A stretch of 64,000 nt of DNA from Candidatus Babeliales bacterium (GCA_020054235.1 JAGVLQ010000015.1:1033-65032), one strand, 5' to 3'; counted from the stretch's first letter, positions 41,729-50,643 are shown. Program-made: numbers and translations. Notes: generated by a model from the letters alone, not told the origin.

Positions 41729-41906
41729 GAAAAACCTTCCGAGTGTCATTATTGTGCAAATATTTTATGATAAAAATATATTTACAATTATCTCTGATAT
41801 CGACAAATTGTCAATATCCAGTATTCTATGCAGTTTTTAAAAAACTTTCATTTATGACATACTAAATATTATATATACTTTGAGCATGAAATTTTATGGA
41901 GACACA

Positions 41907-43310
41907 ATGGTAGATTATATCTTTCGACAATATGATATTCGTGGAAAAATTGGTACTGAGTTAGCTATCGATGAAGTGTATAGGCTAGTAAAAGCAATTG
42001 CGTATTATTTTGTCCAAAAAAATCCTCAAGTAAAAAAAGTGGCAGTAGGTGCTGATGGCAGAATTCATTCACCAGCAATAAAAGAAGAAGTTTGCCGAGC
42101 TTTGCAGGATAGTGGCCTTGATGTTGTTTTTGTTGGGGTTTGCCCTTCCCCTGTTTTGTATTTTGCGTTATTTAATTTGCCCGTTGATGCCGGACTTATG
42201 ATTACGGCGTCCCATAACGGAAAAGAATATAATGGTATAAAAATTTGTTTAGGCAAAGATTCAGTCTGGGGCGAGCAAATTCAAGAAATTAAAGAGCTTG
42301 CAAAAAAAGATATAGGCCTAAAAGCGAGCCGTAACGGTGACTACCAAGAATATCCCTTGATTGAAGATTACACCACTTGGATGGTTGAAAATTTTCCGCA
42401 TTTAGTTGATATGTCGCTTTCGGTGATTGTTGATTGTGGCAACGGTGCAGCAGGTACTGTCTGGCCAAAGTTGATTGAAAAAATGAAATGGCGTAATGTT
42501 TTATTGTTATTTCAAGAAGTTGATGGTAATTACCCTAACCATGAAGCTGATCCCATTGTTGAAAAAAATATGCTAGCGTTACGCGCCGCACTGAAAAACA
42601 GTTCTTATGATCTAGGTTTGGGCCTTGATGGTGATTGCGATCGCATGACTCCGATGACCAAAACGGGTGAGCTCGTGCAGGGCGATAAAGTACTTGCACT
42701 TTTTTCTCAACCGATAATCAATGCCAATTCTGGGGCCTCGGTGGTTTTTGATATTAAATGCTCTTCAGGTCTGTCTGAGATTTTAACTTCTTGGGGAGGG
42801 ACTCCATGCATTTCTCCTTCTGGCCATTCAATTATCAAAAAAAATCTTAAAGAAAAGAAAGCATTACTTGCTGGTGAATTGAGTTGTCATTTCTTTTTTG
42901 CTGACCGTTATTTTGGCTATGATGATGGTAACTATGCGGCATTGCGTTTATTTGAGCTATTGCTCCAAGAACAAAAACCCTTAGAGCAACTTCTTGAAAT
43001 TTTTCCCAAAAAAATAAGCACACCAGAAATTCGTATTGCGTGCGAGCAGGAGAAAATGGCTTCGATTGTTGACCACGTTAAAGCATTTTTTGGAACCTAT
43101 AAAGAAGCGCAACTGATGACAATTGATGGAATTCGGGTTAGCATGAATTATGGATGGGGCATGGTCAGAGCATCAAATACGCAACCAGTACTCTGTTTGC
43201 GTTTTGAGTCTGATACCAAGGAAGGCTTGGAACATATCAAAAAAGATTTTGTTTCTGCATTGATTCCGTATTTTAGTCAAAGCGCCCTTGAGCAGAATTT
43301 TATTGAATAA
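41907..43310 (+). CDS. phosphomannomutase/phosphoglucomutase (alpha-D-phosphohexomutase family)
   Basis: FRQYDIRG, catalytic loop ITASHNGKEYNGIKI, metal loop GLDGDCDR, GELSCHFFF, RASNTQP. ATG 41907 (GGAG upstream) is preferred over TTG 41880. Confidence 0.85.
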   Translation: MVDYIFRQYDIRGKIGTELAIDEVYRLVKAIAYYFVQKNPQVKKVAVGADGRIHSPAIKEEVCRALQDSGLDVVFVGVCPSPVLYFALFNLPVDAGLMITASHNGKEYNGIKICLGKDSVWGEQIQEIKELAKKDIGLKASRNGDYQEYPLIEDYTTWMVENFPHLVDMSLSVIVDCGNGAAGTVWPKLIEKMKWRNVLLLFQEVDGNYPNHEADPIVEKNMLALRAALKNSSYDLGLGLDGDCDRMTPMTKTGELVQGDKVLALFSQPIINANSGASVVFDIKCSSGLSEILTSWGGTPCISPSGHSIIKKNLKEKKALLAGELSCHFFFADRYFGYDDGNYAALRLFELLLQEQKPLEQLLEIFPKKISTPEIRIACEQEKMASIVDHVKAFFGTYKEAQLMTIDGIRVSMNYGWGMVRASNTQPVLCLRFESDTKEGLEHIKKDFVSALIPYFSQSALEQNFIE

Positions 43311-43329
43311 ATTATTTCTATGAGATGCA

Positions 43330-44157
43330 ATGAGAACTGTTGGATTGCATTTACGTATTTCCAAAGATTTGATTACTGTTGTTGAGCGTGCTCAAAAAGC
43401 ACAGCTTTCATCATTTCAATGCTTTTTGGTACATCAAGAGACCAAAAAACGTCTTGAATTTTCTGATGAAGAATACCGCAATTTTTTAAAGCAACGTAAC
43501 ACATTTGGCGATCTTTATGTTCATGGCGCCTATTGGATTAATTTATGTGGAAAGCGCAATAAGATCGCCCATTATTTAGTTAATCGTGAGCTTGATATAA
43601 CAAAGCGACTTGGTTTTTCTCATTATCTATTGCATCCTGGTTCAGCTCAAGGATGGCAATCTCGCATGGAGGGAATCGATTGTTTAGTCCGAGCGCTCAA
43701 TACCATAACCACGCGACATTCTGATATTACCATTGTTTTAGAAAATACTGCACATGCCGGTCAAACTATTGGGAGCGATCTGCAAGATTTTTTAATTATA
43801 CGAGAAAAATTGAACAATCCTGAAAAAATTCAATTTTGTATTGATACAGCTCATGCACATGGTTTTGGCTACGATGTGGTAACACCAGCAGGTCAAAAAG
43901 AATTCATTGATCTTTTGGAAAAAACAGTCGGCATTGATGCTATTGCTTTAATTCATTTGAATGATAGTAACGAGTTGCCGGGAACATTTCGTGACCAACA
44001 TGCTTTTTTAGGCCAGGGTAAGATTGGCCTTGAAGCACTTAGAAGATTTATTCATGAACCTCGTTTGGTAGAAAAACCTATAATTTTGGAATTGCCCGAT
44101 TCATCTGATAGTCAACAAGAAGATATGATAAAATTAGTTTGCCAATCGCACAAATAA
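43330..44157 (+). CDS. nfo: endonuclease IV (AP endonuclease, TIM-barrel)
   Basis: YLLHPGS, VLENTAH, CIDTAHAHGFGYD, IHLNDS. Confidence 0.85.
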   Translation: MRTVGLHLRISKDLITVVERAQKAQLSSFQCFLVHQETKKRLEFSDEEYRNFLKQRNTFGDLYVHGAYWINLCGKRNKIAHYLVNRELDITKRLGFSHYLLHPGSAQGWQSRMEGIDCLVRALNTITTRHSDITIVLENTAHAGQTIGSDLQDFLIIREKLNNPEKIQFCIDTAHAHGFGYDVVTPAGQKEFIDLLEKTVGIDAIALIHLNDSNELPGTFRDQHAFLGQGKIGLEALRRFIHEPRLVEKPIILELPDSSDSQQEDMIKLVCQSHK

Positions 44158-44172
44158 AAAAAAGGAGTAGCA

Positions 44173-45183
44173 ATGAGGATTGCCATAAATGGTTTCGGTA
44201 GAATAGGAAAAAGCTTTTTACGTACCATAATGCTTGATCCTATGGCAGCTCGGAAATTGGATGTTGTAGTGATCAATATTGGCCCAGCGAATATTGAAAA
44301 TGTTGCGTTGCTTTTTAGATATGACACGATTATGGGTGCTTTCCCTGGTACCGTTGAGCAAAAAAATAATTGCTTAATCATTGATGGCAAAAAAATTGAA
44401 ATCATCGCAGAGACGGATCCATTAAAAATTAGTTGGAAAGATCGTGGCATTGATTGGGTTATTGATTGTTCTGGAAAATTTACCTCACGCGAAAAAGCTG
44501 AGCTTCATCTACAAGCAGGAGCAAAATCAGTATTAATTTCAGCGCCTGCAAAGGGAGAAGTTCTTTCTATTGTTCCCGGAGTAAACGAACAGAACTATAA
44601 ATTAACAGATAAAATTGTTTCATTAGGTAGTTGTACTACGAATGCGTTTTTGACTATGTTGAAAGTTCTTTATGAAGAATGTGGCCTTGATTATGCAGCT
44701 ATGACAACGGTTCATGCCTACACAAATTCGCAAGCACTTCTTGATGTTGATTGTAAAGACCCGCGCCGTTCACGTGCTGCAGCGTTAAATATTGTTCCTA
44801 CAACAACGGGTGCTGCATCAATGGTAAAAAAAATCATTCCGGCGCTCGATGGAAAAATTGAAGCTTTTGCATTGCGCGTGCCAGTTGGGATTGTTTCTTA
44901 TATTCATCTTGTTTTTACTGCAACAAAAAAATTGAGTGTTGAAACTATTAATAATGCTTTATTAGAAGCATCGACAACACGTATGAAGGGAATTATGGAT
45001 TTTTCTATGGAACCTTTAGTTTCTAGTGACTTTATTGGTTCGCAATATTCAGTTATTATTGATGGCCTTGCAACGAAAGTTGTGGGACCACTTGCTGAAG
45101 TTGCTGGTTGGTATGACAATGAATGGGGGTATAGTATGCGCATAAAAGATTTTTTATTATTCATTAAAGGAAAAACTGTATGA
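44173..45183 (+). CDS. gap: type I glyceraldehyde-3-phosphate dehydrogenase
   Basis: MRIAINGFGRIGKSFLR, catalytic SCTTNAF, WYDNEWGYS. Confidence 0.92.
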   Translation: MRIAINGFGRIGKSFLRTIMLDPMAARKLDVVVINIGPANIENVALLFRYDTIMGAFPGTVEQKNNCLIIDGKKIEIIAETDPLKISWKDRGIDWVIDCSGKFTSREKAELHLQAGAKSVLISAPAKGEVLSIVPGVNEQNYKLTDKIVSLGSCTTNAFLTMLKVLYEECGLDYAAMTTVHAYTNSQALLDVDCKDPRRSRAAALNIVPTTTGAASMVKKIIPALDGKIEAFALRVPVGIVSYIHLVFTATKKLSVETINNALLEASTTRMKGIMDFSMEPLVSSDFIGSQYSVIIDGLATKVVGPLAEVAGWYDNEWGYSMRIKDFLLFIKGKTV

Positions 45184-45875
45184 AAAAAAAGTTGTTATTT
45201 TTTAGTATTTTTTTTTGTTTTCAGACTATGGTAAAAGCATCAGATAGTGAAGCTAGCTTTATAGAGGCGAAAGATTCTAGTGAAGATTCTGATAGTTTTG
45301 TGTTTGTTTCTGATGATGATCCCTTGAAGGTTTCAACTAAAAAGATATTGCCCAAACCAAAAAAGAATTTGCCAAAAAACCCTACAAAGACATTGTATGA
45401 ACAAAAGGAACTATTTCAAAAATGTAAAATTTTCGTCAAACAAGAAGCTTCGTTAAATGAACTTTTTAAGGAGATTTGCTTTCTAGGTGGTACAGAAAAA
45501 TATTTAAATAAACAGCAAGAAAATGCTTTGAGCTTGAAGCATTCTATTTTTTGTATGTTCAGTCAACCTGAAGAAACAGAAGGGCGTGAAATTGCACTAG
45601 AATTGTACAAAGCGATTGAGTGTTTTGTTCAAGAGCAAGAAGGAGCAATTGAAAAATATGAAGGGGGAGCGCAAAATTTTTTTTCAATATTTATTAAAAA
45701 TAAACGCTATACGCCCGATGATCTAGGAGCATTACGCAAGCATTTTAATTTGCTAGAAGGCATTCAAACGCTTTATGGTATAGTAAATTTTACGGTTGAT
45801 CAGAACGTTATGGATGAGCCTTTTATTAAAGAACAACTTACCTTGAAAAACAGTGAACCAAAGAAGACAAAATAA
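45180..45875 (+). CDS. hypothetical secreted acidic protein, translationally coupled to gap
   Basis: ATGA overlap with the gap stop. Signal peptide MKKKLLFFSIFFCFQTMVKA/SDSE. Contains SEDSDSFVFVSDDD and ILPKPKKNLPK. Confidence 0.6.
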   Translation: MKKKLLFFSIFFCFQTMVKASDSEASFIEAKDSSEDSDSFVFVSDDDPLKVSTKKILPKPKKNLPKNPTKTLYEQKELFQKCKIFVKQEASLNELFKEICFLGGTEKYLNKQQENALSLKHSIFCMFSQPEETEGREIALELYKAIECFVQEQEGAIEKYEGGAQNFFSIFIKNKRYTPDDLGALRKHFNLLEGIQTLYGIVNFTVDQNVMDEPFIKEQLTLKNSEPKKTK

Positions 45876-45954
45876 TTCATTTACAGAAATACGGCCATTT
45901 CTCTTCACAATTTTTGAAATTCCTGTACTCTAAAGCTTAGTACATTTCTTATGG

Positions 45955-46031
45955 GGGCCCATAGCTCAGTTGGTCAGAGCAATCGGCTCATAACCGAGAG
46001 GTCCCAGGTTCAAATCCTGGTGGGCCCACCA
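45955..46031 (+). tRNA. tRNA with CAT anticodon (elongator Met, or Ile2 if lysidine-modified); CCA encoded
   Basis: Hand-folded cloverleaf. Acceptor GGGCCCA/TGGGCCC, D arm GCTC-AGTTGGTCA-GAGC, anticodon arm ATCGG-CTCATAA-CCGAG, variable AGGTC, T arm CCAGG-TTCAAAT-CCTGG, discriminator A plus CCA. The G1-C72 pair argues against an initiator. Confidence 0.9.
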
Positions 46032-46089
46032 AAATATAAAAACTCCTCCTTAATTTATGGTGTAAACTTAACGAAATAAGGGTTTACCA

Positions 46090-46815
46090 ATGAACCAGTT
46101 TTCTTTGCAAAAACTAATCGATCTCGTTGAATTTGACCAAGGAATGGTCAAAATAGAGCACGCAATTGACAAGCTAAAAGAGGAAATTGCTGTTGCGCAA
46201 AAGGAAGCCGATCTCTGTAATGAAGGTCTAGATCGTTCCAAAAAAAATAAACATGATTTAAAAAAGGAGGTTGATGCAACGGAACTTGAAATGAAAACTC
46301 TTGATCAGGATGAAAAAGAAAAACGTCGTCGTCTAGATGCCGCAACTAATCAACGTGAATATGAATCTTTTTCAAAAGAAGTAGCAGCTTTACAAGTCAA
46401 ACAAAATTCTTTAGAAGAAGAGCTTCTGCTCAAATGGAAAAAATATGAACATGCTGAAGTTGAACTTAAAGAGCGGCAAGCTTTTTGTGATGAAAAACTG
46501 ATTTCTTTAAATACTGTTATTACTGAAAAAATGCGTGCCATGGATGAACAGCAAAAAAACCTTAAACATCATCATGCATTGCGAGAAGAAAAACTTAAAA
46601 ATATTCCTCAAGAGCTGCTTGAAAAATATAATGTTATGTACAAACAGGTTTCTAATCCCGTGGTGCCGGTAGAAAAGGAAAGTTGTACTGCCTGTTTTTA
46701 TCCCTTGACCCAACAAAATATGCATGATTTGCGCCGTAGAAAACTTTTGCAATGTCGCGATTGTTTTCGTTTTTTATACCTCAAAGAAGCACATGAGGAA
46801 CCAAAAGCAGGATGA
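46090..46815 (+). CDS. coiled-coil protein with C-terminal C4 zinc ribbon (COG1579/DUF164-like)
   Basis: LQKLIDLVEFDQ, about 190 aa of coiled coil, then CTACFYPL..(20)..CRDCFRFLY. Confidence 0.7.
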   Translation: MNQFSLQKLIDLVEFDQGMVKIEHAIDKLKEEIAVAQKEADLCNEGLDRSKKNKHDLKKEVDATELEMKTLDQDEKEKRRRLDAATNQREYESFSKEVAALQVKQNSLEEELLLKWKKYEHAEVELKERQAFCDEKLISLNTVITEKMRAMDEQQKNLKHHHALREEKLKNIPQELLEKYNVMYKQVSNPVVPVEKESCTACFYPLTQQNMHDLRRRKLLQCRDCFRFLYLKEAHEEPKAG

Positions 46816-47324
46816 AGCAGCTTACCTTTTTGGATTGTACTGATCCAATAGAAAAACCCAAAGAAACATCACATGCTTGGAAATTATTTATCGATGGTGC
46901 TTCGCGTAATAACCCAGGCCAAGCAGGAGCGGGTGTTTATGTATTAAAAGATGAAAAACCTGTGTATCAAGAAGGTTTTTATTTGAGCATTAAAACAAAC
47001 AATGAAGCAGAATATTTGGCGTTAATTGTAGGTATTTTTGTGGTTAAGCCAATGTTGTTTCCTGATGATGTTTTATATGTAATTTCCGATTCTCAATTAT
47101 TGGTTAATCAAATAAAAGGAAGTTATAAAGTTCGCAAGCCAGAATTAAAAAAAATGTATGATCTTGCAGTACAATTATTACATGGCATTAACTTTTCATT
47201 GTGCCATGTGCTAAGAGAGTTTAATAAGCATGCCGATAATCTTGCCAACCAGGGCATAGAGAAAGGCAACCCTGTTCCACCAGAATTTTTGCAGATGCTC
47301 AATAACCATGGCATTCCATTTTGA
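46812..47324 (+). CDS. rnhA: ribonuclease HI family protein
   Basis: LFIDGASRNNPGQAGAGVYV, NNEAEYLALI, ISDSQLLVNQIKG, NKHADNLAN (DEDD residues). ATGA overlap with the upstream gene. Confidence 0.85.
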   Translation: MKQLTFLDCTDPIEKPKETSHAWKLFIDGASRNNPGQAGAGVYVLKDEKPVYQEGFYLSIKTNNEAEYLALIVGIFVVKPMLFPDDVLYVISDSQLLVNQIKGSYKVRKPELKKMYDLAVQLLHGINFSLCHVLREFNKHADNLANQGIEKGNPVPPEFLQMLNNHGIPF

Positions 47325-48690
47325 TCGGTTTTTTTTCATAACCATTTTTCTTTGTAGTAGTTTGTTGTATGCTTTGCCAAAACGGATAGCAAGAAAACCT
47401 ATAGAATCAGAGCACGAGCGTATAGTGCTTGAAAAAAAATCGTTTGCACCTTGGTGTATTCGGAATGGTTTTTTCTTTCTGTATCATCACTGTAAATATA
47501 AAAGCCGTACTTTTTTATTGCCCAAAGAACAGGAAGGGCAAAAGCGTATTGCAAAAGTGATGAGAAAAATTTCATTAATTGATCAACAGGATTCTGATTC
47601 GTTGTTTATTTATACGGTGCGTGTTTTATTAGATGAACAAAAGTTAACTGCGCAAGCGCAACCGTGGGAGCTCAAAAGTTCACATGGATTTTTGATTCAT
47701 GACTATAATCAACCTTCAACAAAAATATTTTTGCCACAAAAGAGTCTGAACGTTACTTGCTTTGCCAATGGTATTTATATCAATAACAAGCGAAGCTCTG
47801 CAAAAAGAATTCTTATCAACCCAGCCCAAGGCTTTTTAGAATTCAATGGTTATCATTATGAAGGAGCGTTTATGATAGCGTTGGAAGAAGAGAATAGTTA
47901 TTTAATGAGCCAACTTGATATTGAAGATTATATTTATTCAGTATTGCGGTGGGAAAGTTGGCCTGGTTGGCCGATTGAGGTTAACAAAGCTTTTGCTATT
48001 GCATGTCGTACGTATTTGATTGCAAAAGTACTTGATGCTACTAAGCGGCAAAAAATCTACCATATTAAAAATACCAACATTCATCAAACATATAATGGGG
48101 TGCATGAATTTGTAAATTTAAAACATGCGATTGAAGAAACACGTGGGTTGATTTTGTCGTATAAGCTAAAACCGATTGATGCTATGTTTGACAGCTGCTG
48201 TGGTGGGGTGATTCCAGCAAAATTAGCTGGCGTGAACTTTAAAAAGGCCCCATATTTGGCGCGCAATTATCCTTGTGATTTTTGTAAAACATGCAAAATT
48301 TATGCTTGGAAACTCGAATATTCAAAAGATGATCTCAAAGAGCTTATGTGCCAAGCGGGTCATCAGGTCGATGATATTGTTGACATTCGGGTGATCCAAA
48401 AAGATAAGGCTGGGGTGCCACGGCATATTCTTGTCCAAGATCGACATAAAAGTCATACTTTTACCAGCAAGCAATTTTATTCACTGATTTCTAAAATAAA
48501 AAGTTTTTGTTACACGATTGAGAAAAATGGCGATAAAATTTGCTTTAATGGTAAAGGGTACGGCCATCATTTAGGTATTTGCCAATGGGGCGCTCGGCGT
48601 ATGATTGATGCAGGATACAAGTATCGTTCAATTTTATATTTTTATTACCCCGGTGCTACTTTAATGGCTTTAAAAAATGCGGTAAGTTAG
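47308..48690 (+). CDS. SpoIID/LytB-domain protein (peptidoglycan lytic transglycosylase / amidase enhancer family)
   Basis: N-terminal anchor FFFITIFLCSSLLYA. YIYSVLRWESWPGWPIEVNKAFAIACRTY, MFDSCCGG, GKGYGHHLGICQWGA. Confidence 0.8.
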   Translation: MAFHFDRFFFITIFLCSSLLYALPKRIARKPIESEHERIVLEKKSFAPWCIRNGFFFLYHHCKYKSRTFLLPKEQEGQKRIAKVMRKISLIDQQDSDSLFIYTVRVLLDEQKLTAQAQPWELKSSHGFLIHDYNQPSTKIFLPQKSLNVTCFANGIYINNKRSSAKRILINPAQGFLEFNGYHYEGAFMIALEEENSYLMSQLDIEDYIYSVLRWESWPGWPIEVNKAFAIACRTYLIAKVLDATKRQKIYHIKNTNIHQTYNGVHEFVNLKHAIEETRGLILSYKLKPIDAMFDSCCGGVIPAKLAGVNFKKAPYLARNYPCDFCKTCKIYAWKLEYSKDDLKELMCQAGHQVDDIVDIRVIQKDKAGVPRHILVQDRHKSHTFTSKQFYSLISKIKSFCYTIEKNGDKICFNGKGYGHHLGICQWGARRMIDAGYKYRSILYFYYPGATLMALKNAVS

Positions 48691-48693
48691 ATT

Positions 48694-48878
48694 GGGTTCG
48701 TATGGTTTCCAGGCTTCGCATAAAGCTTCGCCGGACGAGTTAATACGATTTCTTCGAAATCACTCACCACGAACGGACTTCTGATATTTTTTAAAATCAA
48801 GAATAAATATTTGTAGCCAAAAAACTTTACAATATCCGTTCGTGGTGAGGAGCGTAGCGTCTCGAACCATACGAACAC
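48694..48878. repeat. second inverted doublet of the hairpin repeat (c3 48694-48776 reverse and expanded, c4 48836-48878 forward; 59-nt spacer), opposite arm arrangement to the 40.1-kb doublet
   Basis: c4 is CCGTTCGTGGTGAGGAGCGTAGCGTCTCGAACCATACGAACAC. Reverse complement of c3 is CCGTTCGTGGTGAGTGATTTCGAAGAAATCG...CCGGCGAAGCTTTATGCGAAGCCTGGAAACCATACGAACCC. Confidence 0.85.
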
Positions 48879-48903
48879 CTCAAAAAATAAAGAGAGATTC
48901 AAA

Positions 48904-49362
48904 ATGCCAAATTATAAAGGACACATCGTCGGCGGCTCGATAGCCTTCGCAATTCTTGTTTATTGTATGCGCTCATACAATCCTACAGTATTCACTGCAG
49001 CTGAATGGTTTTGTTGTGCAATTATTGGAGCTTTGTTTCCGGATATTGATACTAAAAGTAAAGGCCAAAAGCTGTTTTACCGCATTATTTTTTGCTGCGT
49101 TGTAGTACTTTTGCTACAGATGCGCTTTCGTGCCGTTGCCTTTGTCAGTTTGGTTGCCTTAGCACCTCTGCTGATTAAGCATCGCGGCATTACACATTCA
49201 TTATGGTTTATTCTTGGTTTATGCGGTGCCGTTATTGCTAATGCTCATTTCTTTGTGCCGCAGTATGTAAATTTATTATTTTTTGATACGCTTTTTTTCT
49301 TTGCCGGTGCGATTTCGCATCTGTGGTTAGATTTGGGCTTTAAAAAAATGTTCAGAATATAA
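48904..49362 (+). CDS. membrane-bound metal-dependent hydrolase, DUF457/YdjM-like
   Basis: 152 aa, 4 hydrophobic segments. His/Asp motifs YKGHIVGG, FPDIDTKS, HRGITHSLW, ISHLWLD. Confidence 0.65.
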   Translation: MPNYKGHIVGGSIAFAILVYCMRSYNPTVFTAAEWFCCAIIGALFPDIDTKSKGQKLFYRIIFCCVVVLLLQMRFRAVAFVSLVALAPLLIKHRGITHSLWFILGLCGAVIANAHFFVPQYVNLLFFDTLFFFAGAISHLWLDLGFKKMFRI

Positions 49363-49365
49363 TTT

Positions 49366-49480
49366 TTCCCTTGAAAATTGGAATATGGACTTCCAAAATT
49401 TAAGGAAAAATTAACAAACTCTTGCTTTTTTGACCAATTTCCTTGAAAATTGGAATAAGAACTTCCAAAATTCAAGGAAA
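49366..49480 (+). repeat. two direct copies (49366-49408 and 49438-49480, 72-bp period) of a 43-bp element with internal dyad symmetry, ending 2 nt before the ATPase ATG
   Basis: Copy 2 is TTTCCTTGAAAATTGGAA-TAAGAAC-TTCCAAAATTCAAGGAAA, with 15 of 17 arm positions complementary. Copy 1 is TTCCCTTGAAAATTGGAA-TATGGAC-TTCCAAAATTTAAGGAAA. Confidence 0.85.
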
Positions 49481-49482
49481 TT

Positions 49483-50643
49483 ATGAAAAGAACACGACTT
49501 CTGGAAAGGGTCAGATTTATCGCAGAAATACACCCTGTTTGTGGCCTTTTAGGGCCTCGTCAGGCAGGTAAAACTACGCTGGCTCGTATGTATGCGGAAC
49601 AGTATTACCCGGATGACTTTTTCTTTTTTGACCTAGAAAATCCCGCAGATGTTTCGCGGCTTGATAACCCAATTCTTGCTATTACGCAAATTAAAAAAAC
49701 GCTTATTGTAATTGATGAAATTCAGCGCAGACCAGATCTTTTTCCCATTTTACGTGTTTTAGTAGATGATCCAAAAAATAACCATAAATTCCTGATCTTG
49801 GGAAGCGCGTCCAGAGATCTAATAAGTCAGTCATCTGAATCTTTAGCGGGAAGAATTGGTTACGTTGATGTTATGCCATTTTCCCTTGAAGAAACCCAGG
49901 AGGCTAATAAGCTGTGGCTTAGAGGAGGGTTTCCTCGTTCCTATTTAGCGCCAACCGAAGAAAAAAGCTTAGCATGGCGGCAAAATTATATTACGACATT
50001 TTTAGAACAAGATATTCCAAATTTAGGGTTTCAGATTCCACCGGCCCAACTGCGTAGATTCTGGCTTATGCTTGCGCATTATCATGGACAGGTTTTTAAT
50101 GCAAGTGAAATAGGGCAATCTCTTGCAGTTTCGCATCATACCGTTAAAAGATATTTAGATATTTTAGTCGGTACCTTTATGGTTCGTATTTTAACGCCAT
50201 GGTTTGAAAACTTAAGTAAGCGGCAAGTTAAATCACCAAAAATATATTTTAGAGATAGCGGTATTTTACATGCTCTTTTGAATATTGATACAGAAAATCA
50301 ATTATTTGGTAATCCAAAAGTAGGTGCATCTTGGGAAGGTTTTGCTTTAGAAGAAACCATTCGTTATATGCAGATAACAGCACCGGAATGTTTTTTTTGG
50401 TCTACCTATGCAGAAGCAGAGCTCGATCTATTTATGCTAAAATTTGGCAAACGATTGGGTTTTGAATTTAAATATACTGATAACCCAAAAGTTACGAAAT
50501 CAATGCGTACTGCATTACATGATCTTTCATTAGATACCATTGTGTTAGTTGTCCCCTTAGCGAAATATTATTTGCTTGAAGAAAAAATAATAGTTTGCGG
50601 ATTAGATGAATTAGAAAAGTGTATTGGTCAAATAAAAGGATGA
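49483..50643 (+). CDS. AAA+ ATPase with C-terminal DUF4143-type domain (COG1373-like)
   Basis: Walker A GPRQAGKTTLAR, Walker B LIVIDEIQ, ILGSAS. Conserved C-terminal half (GGFP, FLEQDI, LAHYHGQVFNASEIG, YFRDSGILHALL, GASWEGF). Confidence 0.75.
   Translation: MKRTRLLERVRFIAEIHPVCGLLGPRQAGKTTLARMYAEQYYPDDFFFFDLENPADVSRLDNPILAITQIKKTLIVIDEIQRRPDLFPILRVLVDDPKNNHKFLILGSASRDLISQSSESLAGRIGYVDVMPFSLEETQEANKLWLRGGFPRSYLAPTEEKSLAWRQNYITTFLEQDIPNLGFQIPPAQLRRFWLMLAHYHGQVFNASEIGQSLAVSHHTVKRYLDILVGTFMVRILTPWFENLSKRQVKSPKIYFRDSGILHALLNIDTENQLFGNPKVGASWEGFALEETIRYMQITAPECFFWSTYAEAELDLFMLKFGKRLGFEFKYTDNPKVTKSMRTALHDLSLDTIVLVVPLAKYYLLEEKIIVCGLDELEKCIGQIKG

Noticed and set aside
41394-41840. 148-aa plus-strand ORF overlapping the 40997-41728 gene
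   Set aside because: It is antisense to a gene with a good RBS and signal peptide. Its product is Ser/Phe-rich low complexity and it has no start context.
48687-48902. 71-aa minus-strand ORF between the SpoIID-domain and DUF457 genes
   Set aside because: It lies entirely within the hairpin-repeat doublet. The reading frame is a by-product of the repeat, and there is no RBS.
49245-49475. 76-aa minus-strand ORF with an internal peptide repeat NFGS(S/P)YSNFQG
   Set aside because: The peptide repeat simply translates the two 43-bp palindromic DNA elements. The ORF also overlaps the DUF457 3' end in antisense.
49366-49480. Possible mini-CRISPR array (two 43-bp repeats with a 29-nt spacer)
   Set aside because: There are only two copies. 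The repeats are long perfect-dyad palindromes, there are no cas genes, and the second copy doubles as the RBS of the next gene. A regulatory or structural element fits better.
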